This document shows positions 1 through 9,535 of a stretch of 64,000 nucleotides of DNA, one piece after another. The first letter of the stretch is position 1, and each line of letters starts with the position of its first letter. This stretch comes from Candidatus Bathyarchaeota archaeon (GTDB lineage: Archaea > Thermoproteota > Bathyarchaeia > 40CM-2-53-6), in the NCBI GenBank assembly GCA_963733055.1, contig CAVTBR010000001.1, positions 736,001 through 800,000 of the forward strand, given 5' to 3'. The position numbers and the translations under genes were made by a program. The notes beneath the pieces were generated by a model, which saw only the letters and a list, made by a program, of their open reading frames with translations, had not been told where the DNA came from and made no database searches.

Positions 1-862
1 CTGCCCGCGGTGCCGGTGTGTTTGATTCTCCGGCAACGTAGATCTGGTCCCCCATGGCCCGTTTCACATGCCCGATTCTAACGGCCGTCATGCGTGCCAC
101 TTCTCGGCCGCTGCCCAACCCCACGAAGAAACATGAACGCCTTTGCTCTAACGCGTCCACAAGTGACTTGAAGAAATCTGAGGCGACGATCTGGTCCACC
201 ACGGCCCCTATTTCGGTGAAGATTTGCTTGGATCGCCCTATGACGGTCTCCGCCGAAGCTTCTTCGTTGAGAGCTTCAGCAATTGCCTGAAAGAGCACTC
301 CCGTTCCAAGTATAAACAAGTCTTCGAGTATTCCCGCGGTTCGAAACTCCTTGGACTCGGTGGGCGCTTCATCGGGTTCGCGCCCCTTCAGAACGAGGAC
401 ATTGCCGTACTTGGTCCCAAGCTTACCGATTGGCGAGTCCCGCTCCGAGGTCAACACATCTATCCGAAAGTCTCTCGGGTTGCCATGCTGAGCAATGTAC
501 ATTGCCAATTGTTGAGCATCCAGAAGGGGCATCATGGACTTTCCGCTCCCCGAATTGATCAGCAGGCACACCTCTCCGAATCTCTGTTTCAAGATAGGAG
601 CCGCTTCAATCATCGTTCTGCCCGGAAAACCGATATCTCCTCTATCCAGAACGAGCTTACCGCGACTCATCTTAGCCATTTCACTGCACGCGATACTAAG
701 CGCCCCTTTCGAACGCCCCTCTCCGGACGGCAGAATCACGCCCGCACCCATAATGTCATGATATAGCGCTTCAATTTCGGCGCCGTTGGCTTGTTCAAGG
801 TTTTGGAAGATCCGGTTTACGAAAGTCATACTACTGATTTCTGATGGCAATTGATTGTTCAC
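1..862 (-). CDS. Tandem SIS (sugar isomerase) domain protein, PHI-like; runs off the window start; not in the ORF track
   Basis: Manual translation of the minus strand from GTG at 862 is open to base 1, with SGEGRSKG, INSGSGKS, VGLGSGREV and VAGESNTPAP motifs typical of SIS/6-phospho-3-hexuloisomerase-like folds. Confidence 0.7.
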   Translation of the reverse strand, partial: MNNQLPSEISSMTFVNRIFQNLEQANGAEIEALYHDIMGAGVILPSGEGRSKGALSIACSEMAKMSRGKLVLDRGDIGFPGRTMIEAAPILKQRFGEVCLLINSGSGKSMMPLLDAQQLAMYIAQHGNPRDFRIDVLTSERDSPIGKLGTKYGNVLVLKGREPDEAPTESKEFRTAGILEDLFILGTGVLFQAIAEALNEEASAETVIGRSKQIFTEIGAVVDQIVASDFFKSLVDALEQRRSCFFVGLGSGREVARMTAVRIGHVKRAMGDQIYVAGESNTPAPRA

Positions 863-990
863 GACGCGCCGAGGCGCCCTTCACTCCTCATGTGACTCTC
901 AAATATGTGGTTTCGCATGCGTTATCTGAAGAAACGGATACCCATGTGTTGGGTTTTGGGCAAGAAAATAGGTTCCTAAAACGAATATAA

Positions 991-1005
991 TGTCACTACT
1001 TGACA
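991..1005. promoter_or_regulatory. Inverted repeat TGTCA-N5-TGACA in the divergent SIS/hydrogenase promoter region
   Basis: Perfect 5-bp arms next to an AT-rich TATA-like run (aatataa). Confidence 0.35.
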
Positions 1006-1095
1006 AGAGATATTCTTTCTTTTCCAAGCACGGTAACTACTCTGACCTCTTAAGTACAATCCAATTCAGATTCGCATTTTGAGGTTCGTCTGAAC

Positions 1096-1638
1096 GTGAC
1101 GCAATCGCAAGAGCTTACCAACCAGACGACCTCGACTGTTCATCAATGGCAATCACAACTCAACGAGGTGCTCACTTCGAGCTCACCAGAATCAAAGCTT
1201 GCATTAGTTGGCCTAGGCCACCCCTTGCGCGGCGACGATTATGTCGGCAGCTGCATCATCAAGGGGATCATCAAGACGTGTGGCGGTGTGCGGTCTGGTA
1301 ACGTCTACTTATTTGACGCTGAAGATAACCTAGAACGCGCCATCACTAAACTCTCAAGAATCGGTCCGAAGCAGGTGGTATTCATTGATGCGTGCGAGAT
1401 GGGGGCTAAACCCGGCGAAACGAAATTACTGCCGATTGATGAAACTACCTATCCATTCTTCACGACCCACGGAATCCCCCTCAAAGTCCTAACGGAACGA
1501 CTTCTCATGGGGTGTAAAGTGTGGGTTCTGGCGATTCAGCCAAAGGAAACAGACTTTGGTGACGACCTCTCGCCCGAGCTTTGCGACACGGCGAACTACG
1601 TTTCGAGGTTTATTGGATCAAGGCTAGCGAAGGAGTGA
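1096..1638 (+). CDS. Hydrogenase maturation endopeptidase (HycI/HybD family)
   Basis: GLGHPLRGDD, FIDA and TTHGIPL motifs; first gene of the hydrogenase operon. Confidence 0.9.
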   Translation: MTQSQELTNQTTSTVHQWQSQLNEVLTSSSPESKLALVGLGHPLRGDDYVGSCIIKGIIKTCGGVRSGNVYLFDAEDNLERAITKLSRIGPKQVVFIDACEMGAKPGETKLLPIDETTYPFFTTHGIPLKVLTERLLMGCKVWVLAIQPKETDFGDDLSPELCDTANYVSRFIGSRLAKE

Positions 1639-1645
1639 AGGAAAG

Positions 1646-2068
1646 TTGTTTGAGCGATTAACCAAGTGGGCGAGGACACGTTCCCCATGGGTTTACCACA
1701 TAAACGCCTCCTCATGCAACGGCTGCGACATAGAGCTGGTCGCGAGCCTTACACCTCGTTACGATATTGAAAGATTCGGAGCGATTCTAGCGCCGAGCCC
1801 GCGACACGCCGACGTTCTAATAGTAACAGGAACGGTTAACGCCCAAACAAAGGACCGGCTGAAGCGAGTCTATGATCAGGTGCCAGAACCGAAGCACGTC
1901 ATAGCTCTAGGTGCATGCGCGGTATCGGGCGGCGTGTTCAAGGGATGCTACAACGCCGGACAGGGCATCCAGGATGTCATACCTGTTGACATGTTCATCC
2001 CAGGCTGCCCACCGCGGCCTGAAGCCATCATGTACGGAGTCTTGAAACTGCTGGGGGAAGTAAAATGA
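1646..2068 (+). CDS. Group 4 [NiFe]-hydrogenase small subunit (NuoB/MbhJ-like)
   Basis: SCNGCDIE, SPRHAD, GACA and IPGCPPRP [4Fe-4S] motifs. Confidence 0.95.
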   Translation: MFERLTKWARTRSPWVYHINASSCNGCDIELVASLTPRYDIERFGAILAPSPRHADVLIVTGTVNAQTKDRLKRVYDQVPEPKHVIALGACAVSGGVFKGCYNAGQGIQDVIPVDMFIPGCPPRPEAIMYGVLKLLGEVK

Positions 2069-2547
2069 GCGAAAACTTGCTTGAGCAACTCCAAACCTAC
2101 GCATCTCAATCGAACAGCAAAGTCTCGGTCCCACGGAAAGGCGAAACTTTCATTGAAGTCAATCAAGATCACATTAAGGACTTCATCTCTCACCTGGTCA
2201 ACGACCTCAGAATATTCCACCTCCAAACAATAACAGGCCTAGATCTGGGCGAGAATATAGGAATCATCTATCACTTTTCGCAGGACAAGAACACGATCAA
2301 CGTTAAGAGCACCGTGCCGAAGGCTCAGTCAGCGGCCGCTTCAATCGTTGGCATTATTCCCGGCGCGATTTTGTATGAGATGGAAATTCACGACATGTTT
2401 GGGGTCACATTTACAGGAAACCCTTGGATGAACCAGAAACTCCTTTTACCAGACAACTGGCCCGACGACCTACCTCCTCCTCTTCTGAAAACTACGAAGC
2501 CAGCGGAGATCCGAAAACGATTACACTTGGAAGTCGAACAAAAATGA
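2065..2547 (+). CDS. NuoC/MbhK-like hydrogenase subunit
   Basis: TITGLD and YEMEIHDMFGVTFTGNP motifs; ATGA overlap with neighbours. Confidence 0.9.
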   Translation: MSENLLEQLQTYASQSNSKVSVPRKGETFIEVNQDHIKDFISHLVNDLRIFHLQTITGLDLGENIGIIYHFSQDKNTINVKSTVPKAQSAAASIVGIIPGAILYEMEIHDMFGVTFTGNPWMNQKLLLPDNWPDDLPPPLLKTTKPAEIRKRLHLEVEQK

Positions 2548-3812
2548 GCGATGAATCGAAGCGTAGGGAAGAGTCCGCAGGATTAATGGAGTTTTCAGTC
2601 GAGAACCTCGTTCCCTTCGGACCCATCCACCCAGCGCTGAAGGAACCTGAGTACTTCAAACTCATTCTCGAAGGGGAGAAGATCATCCAGGTCATTCCTA
2701 GAATCGGATACGTACACAGGGGCCTCGAGAAAGCCGCAGAATCACGCCCATGGGTGCAGAACATGTACATGTTCGAACGTACTTGCGGAATCTGCAGCTT
2801 CGTTCACAGCCTCTGCTATGGCCAAGCCGTGGAAGGCCTAACTATCTATGAAGTTCCTAGAAGAGCGAAGTACATTCGCCTCATCATAGCCGAACTGGAG
2901 AGAATTCATAGCCATCTGCTCTGGGTGGGGCTAATGGGGCATTGGGCAGGGTTCGAAACTCTGTTCATGTGGGTTTGGAACGATCGAGAAGTTATACTGG
3001 ACTTAGTAGAAGCCATTTCAGGAAACCGAGTCCACAAATCAATGAACGCGTTCTGCGGCGTAAGGCGTGACATGCCGGAGAACATGGAAGATCGAATCGT
3101 TGAACGTATGAAATTCATTACCGACCGAGCCCACTACTACCGAGAGATTATCGACACCGAAGAGACAATGCTAGCGCGGACTGAAAACGTAGGCAACAAG
3201 ATAAATCAGGAAACAGCTCAGAAACTCTGCGCCGTCGGCCCAATGGCAAGATACGTTGGGCTGCGACAAGACGTTCGACAAAACGACCCTTATGCAGCGT
3301 ACGACGAAGTTCCTTTCGACATCGTAACCCGCACCGAAGGCGACGTCCGTGCACTACTACGCCTCCGCCTAGACGAACTAATCGTTTCAGCGAACATGAT
3401 CAGTTACGCTGTGAAGCACCTTCCCGAGGGGCCGATTAGAGTCAAGATCGCACCCATCATCCCGGCGGGCGAACATTCATCCCACTGCGAAGCACCACGA
3501 GGCGAGATATTCTACTACGTGAAATCAACAGGTGGCCGAACCCCGGACCGTGTCAAGTCAAGACAACCAACCATGGCCAACATTCCAACGGCCCTTGAAC
3601 TCTTGAAGGGTCAGACACTTGCCGACCTGCCAATGGTCTTGACAGCAATCGACCCATGTTTTGGCTGCATGGACCGCATGTCATTCCTCGACACAGAATC
3701 GCACAAGCAGTGGACATGGTCAGGTGAACAACTTCGCCAGTATGGAATCAAACACTACTTCCCAAACCGATTCAACTCTCCAAACCCCTCAAAATTCAAG
3801 GAAGCCCACTAA
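2544..3812 (+). CDS. Group 4 [NiFe]-hydrogenase large subunit
   Basis: Intact Ni-binding motifs ERTCGIC and DPCFGCMDR, GYVHRGLEK, EAPRGE; C-terminal extension; start placed at ATG 2544 overlapping the NuoC-like stop. Confidence 0.95.
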   Translation: MSDESKRREESAGLMEFSVENLVPFGPIHPALKEPEYFKLILEGEKIIQVIPRIGYVHRGLEKAAESRPWVQNMYMFERTCGICSFVHSLCYGQAVEGLTIYEVPRRAKYIRLIIAELERIHSHLLWVGLMGHWAGFETLFMWVWNDREVILDLVEAISGNRVHKSMNAFCGVRRDMPENMEDRIVERMKFITDRAHYYREIIDTEETMLARTENVGNKINQETAQKLCAVGPMARYVGLRQDVRQNDPYAAYDEVPFDIVTRTEGDVRALLRLRLDELIVSANMISYAVKHLPEGPIRVKIAPIIPAGEHSSHCEAPRGEIFYYVKSTGGRTPDRVKSRQPTMANIPTALELLKGQTLADLPMVLTAIDPCFGCMDRMSFLDTESHKQWTWSGEQLRQYGIKHYFPNRFNSPNPSKFKEAH

Positions 3813-4202
3813 TTGCCACGCAGAAGACCTGGCGCAGCCATACCGGAAATGTTCCGGCAGATGCTCGAGAAACCAAGCACCGAAGCCTACCCCTACAAAC
3901 CAATCCAATTACCCGACCGCTTCCGCGGCAAACTCGACGTTGATCCCGAGAGGTGCACGGGCTGCCAGGTGTGTGCGGTCGTCTGCCCAGCGGGGGTCAT
4001 CACAATGATTGACAAGGGCACCAGAAAGGTAGGAGACAGAGAACTACCAGTCAAGCGCCCGCTCTTTGACCTATCAACCTGCATCTTCTGTGGCGAATGC
4101 GTCGACAACTGCGCCTTCAGAGCCTTGGAAATGACGAAACAATTCGAGCTTGCCACGCCAAACAAGGCCGACCTCATCATGAGGAAAGCGGTCGAGAAAT
4201 GA
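3813..4202 (+). CDS. 2x[4Fe-4S] ferredoxin-like subunit (NuoI/MbhN-like)
   Basis: CTGCQVCAVVCP and CIFCGECVDNC. Confidence 0.93.
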   Translation: MPRRRPGAAIPEMFRQMLEKPSTEAYPYKPIQLPDRFRGKLDVDPERCTGCQVCAVVCPAGVITMIDKGTRKVGDRELPVKRPLFDLSTCIFCGECVDNCAFRALEMTKQFELATPNKADLIMRKAVEK

Positions 4203-4546
4203 CCGGCTTCGACATCATGACAGTCGGCGGCCCACTCTTAATCATCGTCGCTGATCTAATCATCTACCTACTTGTTGGAAGACTAGGGAAGAGGTCTTCG
4301 GGGAAGGGAGGCAAATTTCAACCATTCACCGGTGGTGAAGAAGAAATTGCCCCGCGAGGCACGTACAGCTCCGAACTATTCGTTTACGCAACTCTCTTCA
4401 TGATTGCGGAAGCCTTCGCCCTATTACTCGCGGGCTCCTTTGCGGCCGCATCCTACTTCTATCCGTTACTCTTCTTGGCGGGTGGATCCAGCGTAATTCT
4501 TGTCGTAACCTGGTGGCTTATGATCGTCGGAGGCCTGAGGCCCTAA
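4199..4546 (+). CDS. NuoA-like membrane subunit
   Basis: Three hydrophobic segments with a KFQPFTGGEE loop; start at ATG 4199. Confidence 0.75.
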   Translation: MTGFDIMTVGGPLLIIVADLIIYLLVGRLGKRSSGKGGKFQPFTGGEEEIAPRGTYSSELFVYATLFMIAEAFALLLAGSFAAASYFYPLLFLAGGSSVILVVTWWLMIVGGLRP

Positions 4547-5518
4547 ATGATTGCAACCCAACTCTTGGAAATTCTGCTGTTTCCGGGCCTAACATTTTTC
4601 GTTTGGATAGGATTCATCTTCGATTGGCTCGACCGGAAAACACAGGCGCGTATGCAATCGCGGAGAGGTCCTATTCTAGCGGGACCGTTCGGAATTCTAC
4701 AGCCGGTAGCGGACTTCTTCAAGCTTACTTCGAAAGAGGAGATCATTCCGGAGGTCGCTGACAAATTCGTTTTCTTACTCGGCCCGTCACTCTTCTTTTC
4801 CGCACCGGCAATCGGAACCATCTTCATCCCGGTACTAGGATCGCAAGCAATCGTCAGTAACGACTACGACCTTCTCTTCGTTCTCTTCATACTCGGATTT
4901 TCCGCGCTCATGGCCACTATGTTGGGCTACGCGGCAGGGGGAAGGTGGGCCATAATTTCGATCGGACGATTGGTTGTGCAGTACACCGGCTATGAAGTAC
5001 CATTAATCGTCGCCTTAGTAACACCAGCTCTATTGGCCCACAGCCTGTCGATCAGCGGCATTGTTGCTGCGCAACAGAATATTTGGTTCATAGTGCTGGC
5101 GCCCTTGAGTTTCTGTGTCTTCATCGTCGCAGCCTTAGCCGAATTGGAGAAACCTCCGTTCGATATTCCCAGCGCCAAGACCGAGATTGTTGGGGGTTGG
5201 ATGACTGAATTCTCGGGCAGGCCACTCGCTTACATCAAGCTCACAAAAGAGTTAGGTTACGCCTTTCTTTCCGCGCTTGCGGTGAGCCTATTCCTCGGTG
5301 GCCCACTTGGTCCCGTGCTTTTCGCTGACCCGGCTCTTCAGAGTATTCTTTACTTCATCTACTTCATCGTCAAGTTGTTTGCAGTTGGATTTCTAATTTT
5401 CACCATAAAGACGGCTTTAGCCCGAGTCAGGATCGATCAGGCCGCTCGATTGTTTTGGATGGTGATTACGCCATTGAGTCTGATTCAACTCGGGTTAGTC
5501 ATGGTGTTGAGGTGGTAA
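4547..5518 (+). CDS. NuoH/MbhM-like membrane subunit
   Basis: ARMQSRRGP, GILQPVADFFKL, PPFD and EFSG motifs. Confidence 0.93.
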   Translation: MIATQLLEILLFPGLTFFVWIGFIFDWLDRKTQARMQSRRGPILAGPFGILQPVADFFKLTSKEEIIPEVADKFVFLLGPSLFFSAPAIGTIFIPVLGSQAIVSNDYDLLFVLFILGFSALMATMLGYAAGGRWAIISIGRLVVQYTGYEVPLIVALVTPALLAHSLSISGIVAAQQNIWFIVLAPLSFCVFIVAALAELEKPPFDIPSAKTEIVGGWMTEFSGRPLAYIKLTKELGYAFLSALAVSLFLGGPLGPVLFADPALQSILYFIYFIVKLFAVGFLIFTIKTALARVRIDQAARLFWMVITPLSLIQLGLVMVLRW

Positions 5519-5520
5519 GG

Positions 5521-6003
5521 TTGGCGACGGAAGTAGCGTTGCTCCTCTGCGCAGCTCTCCTAGTCGCTATCATTGCCGCCATTTTCTCGAGATCCATCTC
5601 AGTGACAATCATCATGCTGTTTTACGCTAGCCTCATTCTAGGTGTCATCTTCACAATCTACCAAGGGGTTGTGATAGGGGTCTTACACATCACTATGTTT
5701 GCCGGTGCGATGTCGGTAATGTTACTGACCGTTGTATTGATGACGGGAGAATCGAAACTAGACATCGGCAATCGCACGCTCGCTGCACTGCTCGCAGCCA
5801 TTACGTCCCTAATCGTTGCCGCATCATCCTACTCACTCTTCTCCGGCCCATCGTCCTTGCCACAATCAGCACCCCAGTTAACGGAAGGCACTCTGGCTTT
5901 CGTTTGGATGTTCAGGCCGTGGGACTTGCTGATTCTCATCATCATTTTCGCGGCTGCAATGATCGGAGTGGTCAACCTGCTTTCGAAGGAGGAACGCGCT
6001 TGA
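5521..6003 (+). CDS. NuoJ-like membrane subunit
   Basis: Hydrophobic, FAGAMSV motif, lies between the H- and K-like genes; TTG start 5521. Confidence 0.75.
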   Translation: MATEVALLLCAALLVAIIAAIFSRSISVTIIMLFYASLILGVIFTIYQGVVIGVLHITMFAGAMSVMLLTVVLMTGESKLDIGNRTLAALLAAITSLIVAASSYSLFSGPSSLPQSAPQLTEGTLAFVWMFRPWDLLILIIIFAAAMIGVVNLLSKEERA

Positions 6004-6308
6004 TATCTGATCAAACGGTTTTCGCAACCGCGGCCACGGTCATATTCTTCCTAGGGCTCTTCTCAATGTTCTATTCACGGAATCTGTTGAAGACGATTGT
6101 CTCCTTCCAAATCGTCGTATTCGGGGCTAACCTCGCCCTATTCTCATCGGGCCTCGGCCACGTGTCCAATCTGATGGCCAACACGCTCGTTCTCTTTTCC
6201 ATAGTTGTTGGTGCGGGTGTCGAGGCAGTTGGCCTTGCACTCATCGTGCTAGTTCACAGAGCGTATGGAACTTTGGATCCTTGGAAGATTAAGAGGCTTA
6301 GACATTGA
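6000..6308 (+). CDS. NuoK/MnhC-like membrane subunit
   Basis: RNLLKTIVS and EAVGLAL...YGTLD motifs; TTG start 6000. Confidence 0.85.
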   Translation: MISDQTVFATAATVIFFLGLFSMFYSRNLLKTIVSFQIVVFGANLALFSSGLGHVSNLMANTLVLFSIVVGAGVEAVGLALIVLVHRAYGTLDPWKIKRLRH

Positions 6309-9300
6309 TCGATTTCAATCAAATGGCTCTGCTAGGCACAGTGGGGTTGCCATTTTTCGGCGCACTGATAATCGTCGCGTTTAGAAATCATCCAAATGCA
6401 CGGGAATCAATCTCTCTGATCGTCTCGGTAGGGACCTTCCTTTGTGCGGTCTTCAATCTTCCACAGGTCTTCAATGGCCAGACCGTGGCGGTTACTCTAG
6501 CGGTCATGTCGTCTCACCCTGAGTTGCAACTGGTGCTGTGGGCTGATGGGCTTGGACTCATGTTCGCGAGTCTCGCCTCATTCCTTTGGATCATCACGAC
6601 GGTATACTCTACGGGTTACATGCGCGGGTTGAAAGAGCATTCGCAGGGTCGCTACTTCGCGTTCTTCGCGCTCGTGATCGGAGCGACGATGGGTGTCTCC
6701 GTTGCCGCGAATCTCTTAACTTTGTTCATCTTCTACGAAATCCTCACCATCTCAACCTACCCTCTCGTCGTCCACAATCAAACTGAGGAGGCGTTCAAGG
6801 CCGGCCGAAAATACCTCATCTACACCCTCGGCGGAGGAGCCTCTGTCCTCGTCGGAATGCTAGCCCTGCTGGGGGCGGGGGGCGGGTCAGCGATCACGTT
6901 CATGCCTGGAGGAAACCAAACGGTGGGCTCCATCCCCTTGGAATTCGCCAGGGTAGCCTTCGTGTTGCTCTTCGTTGGTTTCGGCGTGAAAGCCGCCCTC
7001 GTTCCGGAACACGGTTGGTTGCCAAGCGCAATGATAGCGCCCACACCGGTAAGCGGACTACTTCACGCGGTTGCGGTTGTGAAGGCAGGAGTATTCGGCC
7101 TTCTGAGAGTGCTGCTGTTTCTATATGGGCCGAACTTGATGCAGTCGCTTGGACTCCAGAACCTGGTCATAGCGGCAGCAGTCATAACCATCCTTGTTGG
7201 ATCCTTATTCGCCCTGACACAAGACAACCTAAAGTTGCGATTAGCATATTCCACCATAAGCCAACTGAGTTACATCATACTCGCAGCCGCAGTTCTCGCT
7301 CCCCTCGGCGTCAGCGTAGACGGTCGCAGTGCAGCCGTCATAGCCGCGGTCTTCCTAATCGCAGCCCATGCGTTCGGGAAACTTACGATGTTCTTCGTTG
7401 CTGGCGCAATCTCCGTGGAGACTGGGAAAACGAAAGTCTCTGAGTTGGATGGGATTGGTAGGAAAATGCCTGCAACGATGTTCGCGTTCTTCCTAGCCAC
7501 ATTGAGTATGGCGGGACTGCCTCCGTTAGCCGGGTTCGTTGGGAAATGGTACCTCTCGGTGGGGGTGTGGAATGGAGGATATTGGTGGATTCTCTTCGTA
7601 CTTGTACTCTCTGGAGTGTTGAACCTCGCCTACTTCATGCCAATCATCTTCCGAGCTTTCCTCGGTCCATTCGACGGAGTTCGGGCTGAAGCTCGCGGTT
7701 TCCTCCTCGGTCCCATCATCGCAACCGCGACAGGGACAGTTGCGCTGGGCATCTGGACGACGATGCCGTACGGCCCGCTGCAGATAGCGGGAAGAATTGC
7801 CGCAGCAGTTACTGGGGCCGGTATTGTCGCCACCGGAAGCTTTGCTGCGGGAGCTACAGTTCCGCCGTTCATTTTCTTCCTAATTGGCGGTCCAATGGTA
7901 GTTTGGCTATTCAGGGGAAGAGTGCGACAGGCACTTCTCATAGCTGTCGCGGCCCTCGCGCTGATCGACACAGTCTCCTTGCCTCATTCAACCGGATGGA
8001 CCTTACCGTTCATGGGCTACCAGCTGGTTCTGATGAAAGTTGACAACCTATCTTACTTGATGGGGGTCATCTTTGCTACAATCACATTCCTGGCGGTACT
8101 CTACGCGGCTGGATTCGCCAAACCTTGGATGCACATCTTTGCGATGCTGTACGCGGGAACATCACTGGGTGTTGTCTTCGCGGGGGACTGGATCACCCTT
8201 CTAATCTTCTGGGAGCTTATGGCGGTAACATCGTTACTACTGATATGGGAAGCGAGGGGTGAGGCTGTTCAGGCTGGGTACCGATACTTACTCTTCCATG
8301 GCTTCGGAGGTGCGATGCTCGCGGCGGGCATCACCCTACTTGTTCTCCAAGGAGCTACCCCCGCCATCGGCCCAATCACTGGGTTCTGGCCTTCACTCTT
8401 CATCCTCATTGGAATTGGCGTCAACGTGTGCATGATCCCCTTACACACGTGGCTTCCCGACACTTACCCGAAGGCGCATATCGCTGCGTCAGTCTTCCTA
8501 AGCGTCTACACGACGAAAGCTGCCGTGTATCTCCTCGCGCGGGCGCAACCCAGCACGGAACTCGTGGCTCTGATGGGGGGTGTCATGGCTGTGTATGGAG
8601 TGAGTTTCGCGGTTCTTCAGACAAACATGAGGAAGCTTCTCTCCTATCACATCGTTTCGCAGGTAGGTTACATGGTTGCTGGTGTTGGGTTGGCAAGTTG
8701 GCCGGGGATATCAACGCAGATAGCCCAACTTGCATTGGACGGAGCAATGGCACACGTATTCAACCATATACTCTACAAGGCGTTGCTCTTCATGACTGTC
8801 GGGGTGGTGATCTGGAAGACCGGTGAGAACACGCTGGACAAGTTGGGTGGACTCATGCGGAAAATGCCCGTCACCGCAATAGCGTTCTGGATCGCCGCGT
8901 TCTCAATTTCCGGAGTGCCTCTCTTTAACGGCTTCATCTCAAAGGGCATGGTTGTAACGGCCGCCCAGCAAAGCAACACGCTGCTCTTCGTACTCCTTGA
9001 GATCGCATCATTTGGCACGTTCCTCTCATTTCTGAAACTCGGATATTTCGCATTCCTCCGCCCTGGAACAGTTGAAGCCAGTGACCCCCCCCTGTTAATG
9101 AAAGCCGGAATGCTTGGCGCCGCTGCGCTTTGCATCGCGATCGGTGTGTATCCGCCGCTCCTCTACGCTATACTACCATTCGGTGGCTCCGGATACCAAC
9201 CTTTCGCACTCAACGAACTACTGCAAACCTCACTTGTCTTAGCCGCGGCAGCCTTGACTTTCTTCGTACTCGGACGAAAGTACCTGGCACCACATGAGAC

Positions 9301-9535
9301 GCGATTGAGAGACTTCGATGTGGCGTATGTTGCGATAGGCCACGGGTTCATCGTCTTCGCGGCGGCTTTGCAGCATGCCTTCGGAATGGTATACTCCGGT
9401 ATAACTGATAGAATTATGCCGCGAGCGGCGAGGGCAGCAGGCGATGTCCAGACGGGTGTGCTTGGCGTAAATGGAATTTTGATGTTAGCCGCGTTGGTAA
9501 TTCTGCTCATACTGGTTGCATTGTGGGGTGTATGA
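6305..9535 (+). CDS. Fusion of two Mrp/NuoL-M-type proton-translocating antiporter subunits
   Basis: Two complete antiporter repeats (FYEIL..HGWLPSAM..LAYSTISQ and FWELM..HTWLPDTY..LLSYHIVSQ) in one 1076-aa ORF. Confidence 0.9.
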   Translation: MIDFNQMALLGTVGLPFFGALIIVAFRNHPNARESISLIVSVGTFLCAVFNLPQVFNGQTVAVTLAVMSSHPELQLVLWADGLGLMFASLASFLWIITTVYSTGYMRGLKEHSQGRYFAFFALVIGATMGVSVAANLLTLFIFYEILTISTYPLVVHNQTEEAFKAGRKYLIYTLGGGASVLVGMLALLGAGGGSAITFMPGGNQTVGSIPLEFARVAFVLLFVGFGVKAALVPEHGWLPSAMIAPTPVSGLLHAVAVVKAGVFGLLRVLLFLYGPNLMQSLGLQNLVIAAAVITILVGSLFALTQDNLKLRLAYSTISQLSYIILAAAVLAPLGVSVDGRSAAVIAAVFLIAAHAFGKLTMFFVAGAISVETGKTKVSELDGIGRKMPATMFAFFLATLSMAGLPPLAGFVGKWYLSVGVWNGGYWWILFVLVLSGVLNLAYFMPIIFRAFLGPFDGVRAEARGFLLGPIIATATGTVALGIWTTMPYGPLQIAGRIAAAVTGAGIVATGSFAAGATVPPFIFFLIGGPMVVWLFRGRVRQALLIAVAALALIDTVSLPHSTGWTLPFMGYQLVLMKVDNLSYLMGVIFATITFLAVLYAAGFAKPWMHIFAMLYAGTSLGVVFAGDWITLLIFWELMAVTSLLLIWEARGEAVQAGYRYLLFHGFGGAMLAAGITLLVLQGATPAIGPITGFWPSLFILIGIGVNVCMIPLHTWLPDTYPKAHIAASVFLSVYTTKAAVYLLARAQPSTELVALMGGVMAVYGVSFAVLQTNMRKLLSYHIVSQVGYMVAGVGLASWPGISTQIAQLALDGAMAHVFNHILYKALLFMTVGVVIWKTGENTLDKLGGLMRKMPVTAIAFWIAAFSISGVPLFNGFISKGMVVTAAQQSNTLLFVLLEIASFGTFLSFLKLGYFAFLRPGTVEASDPPLLMKAGMLGAAALCIAIGVYPPLLYAILPFGGSGYQPFALNELLQTSLVLAAAALTFFVLGRKYLAPHETRLRDFDVAYVAIGHGFIVFAAALQHAFGMVYSGITDRIMPRAARAAGDVQTGVLGVNGILMLAALVILLILVALWGV

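Noticed and set aside
54-766. Plus-strand ORFs 54-290, 224-766 and 534-761
   Set aside because: They are antisense shadows of the minus-strand SIS-domain gene
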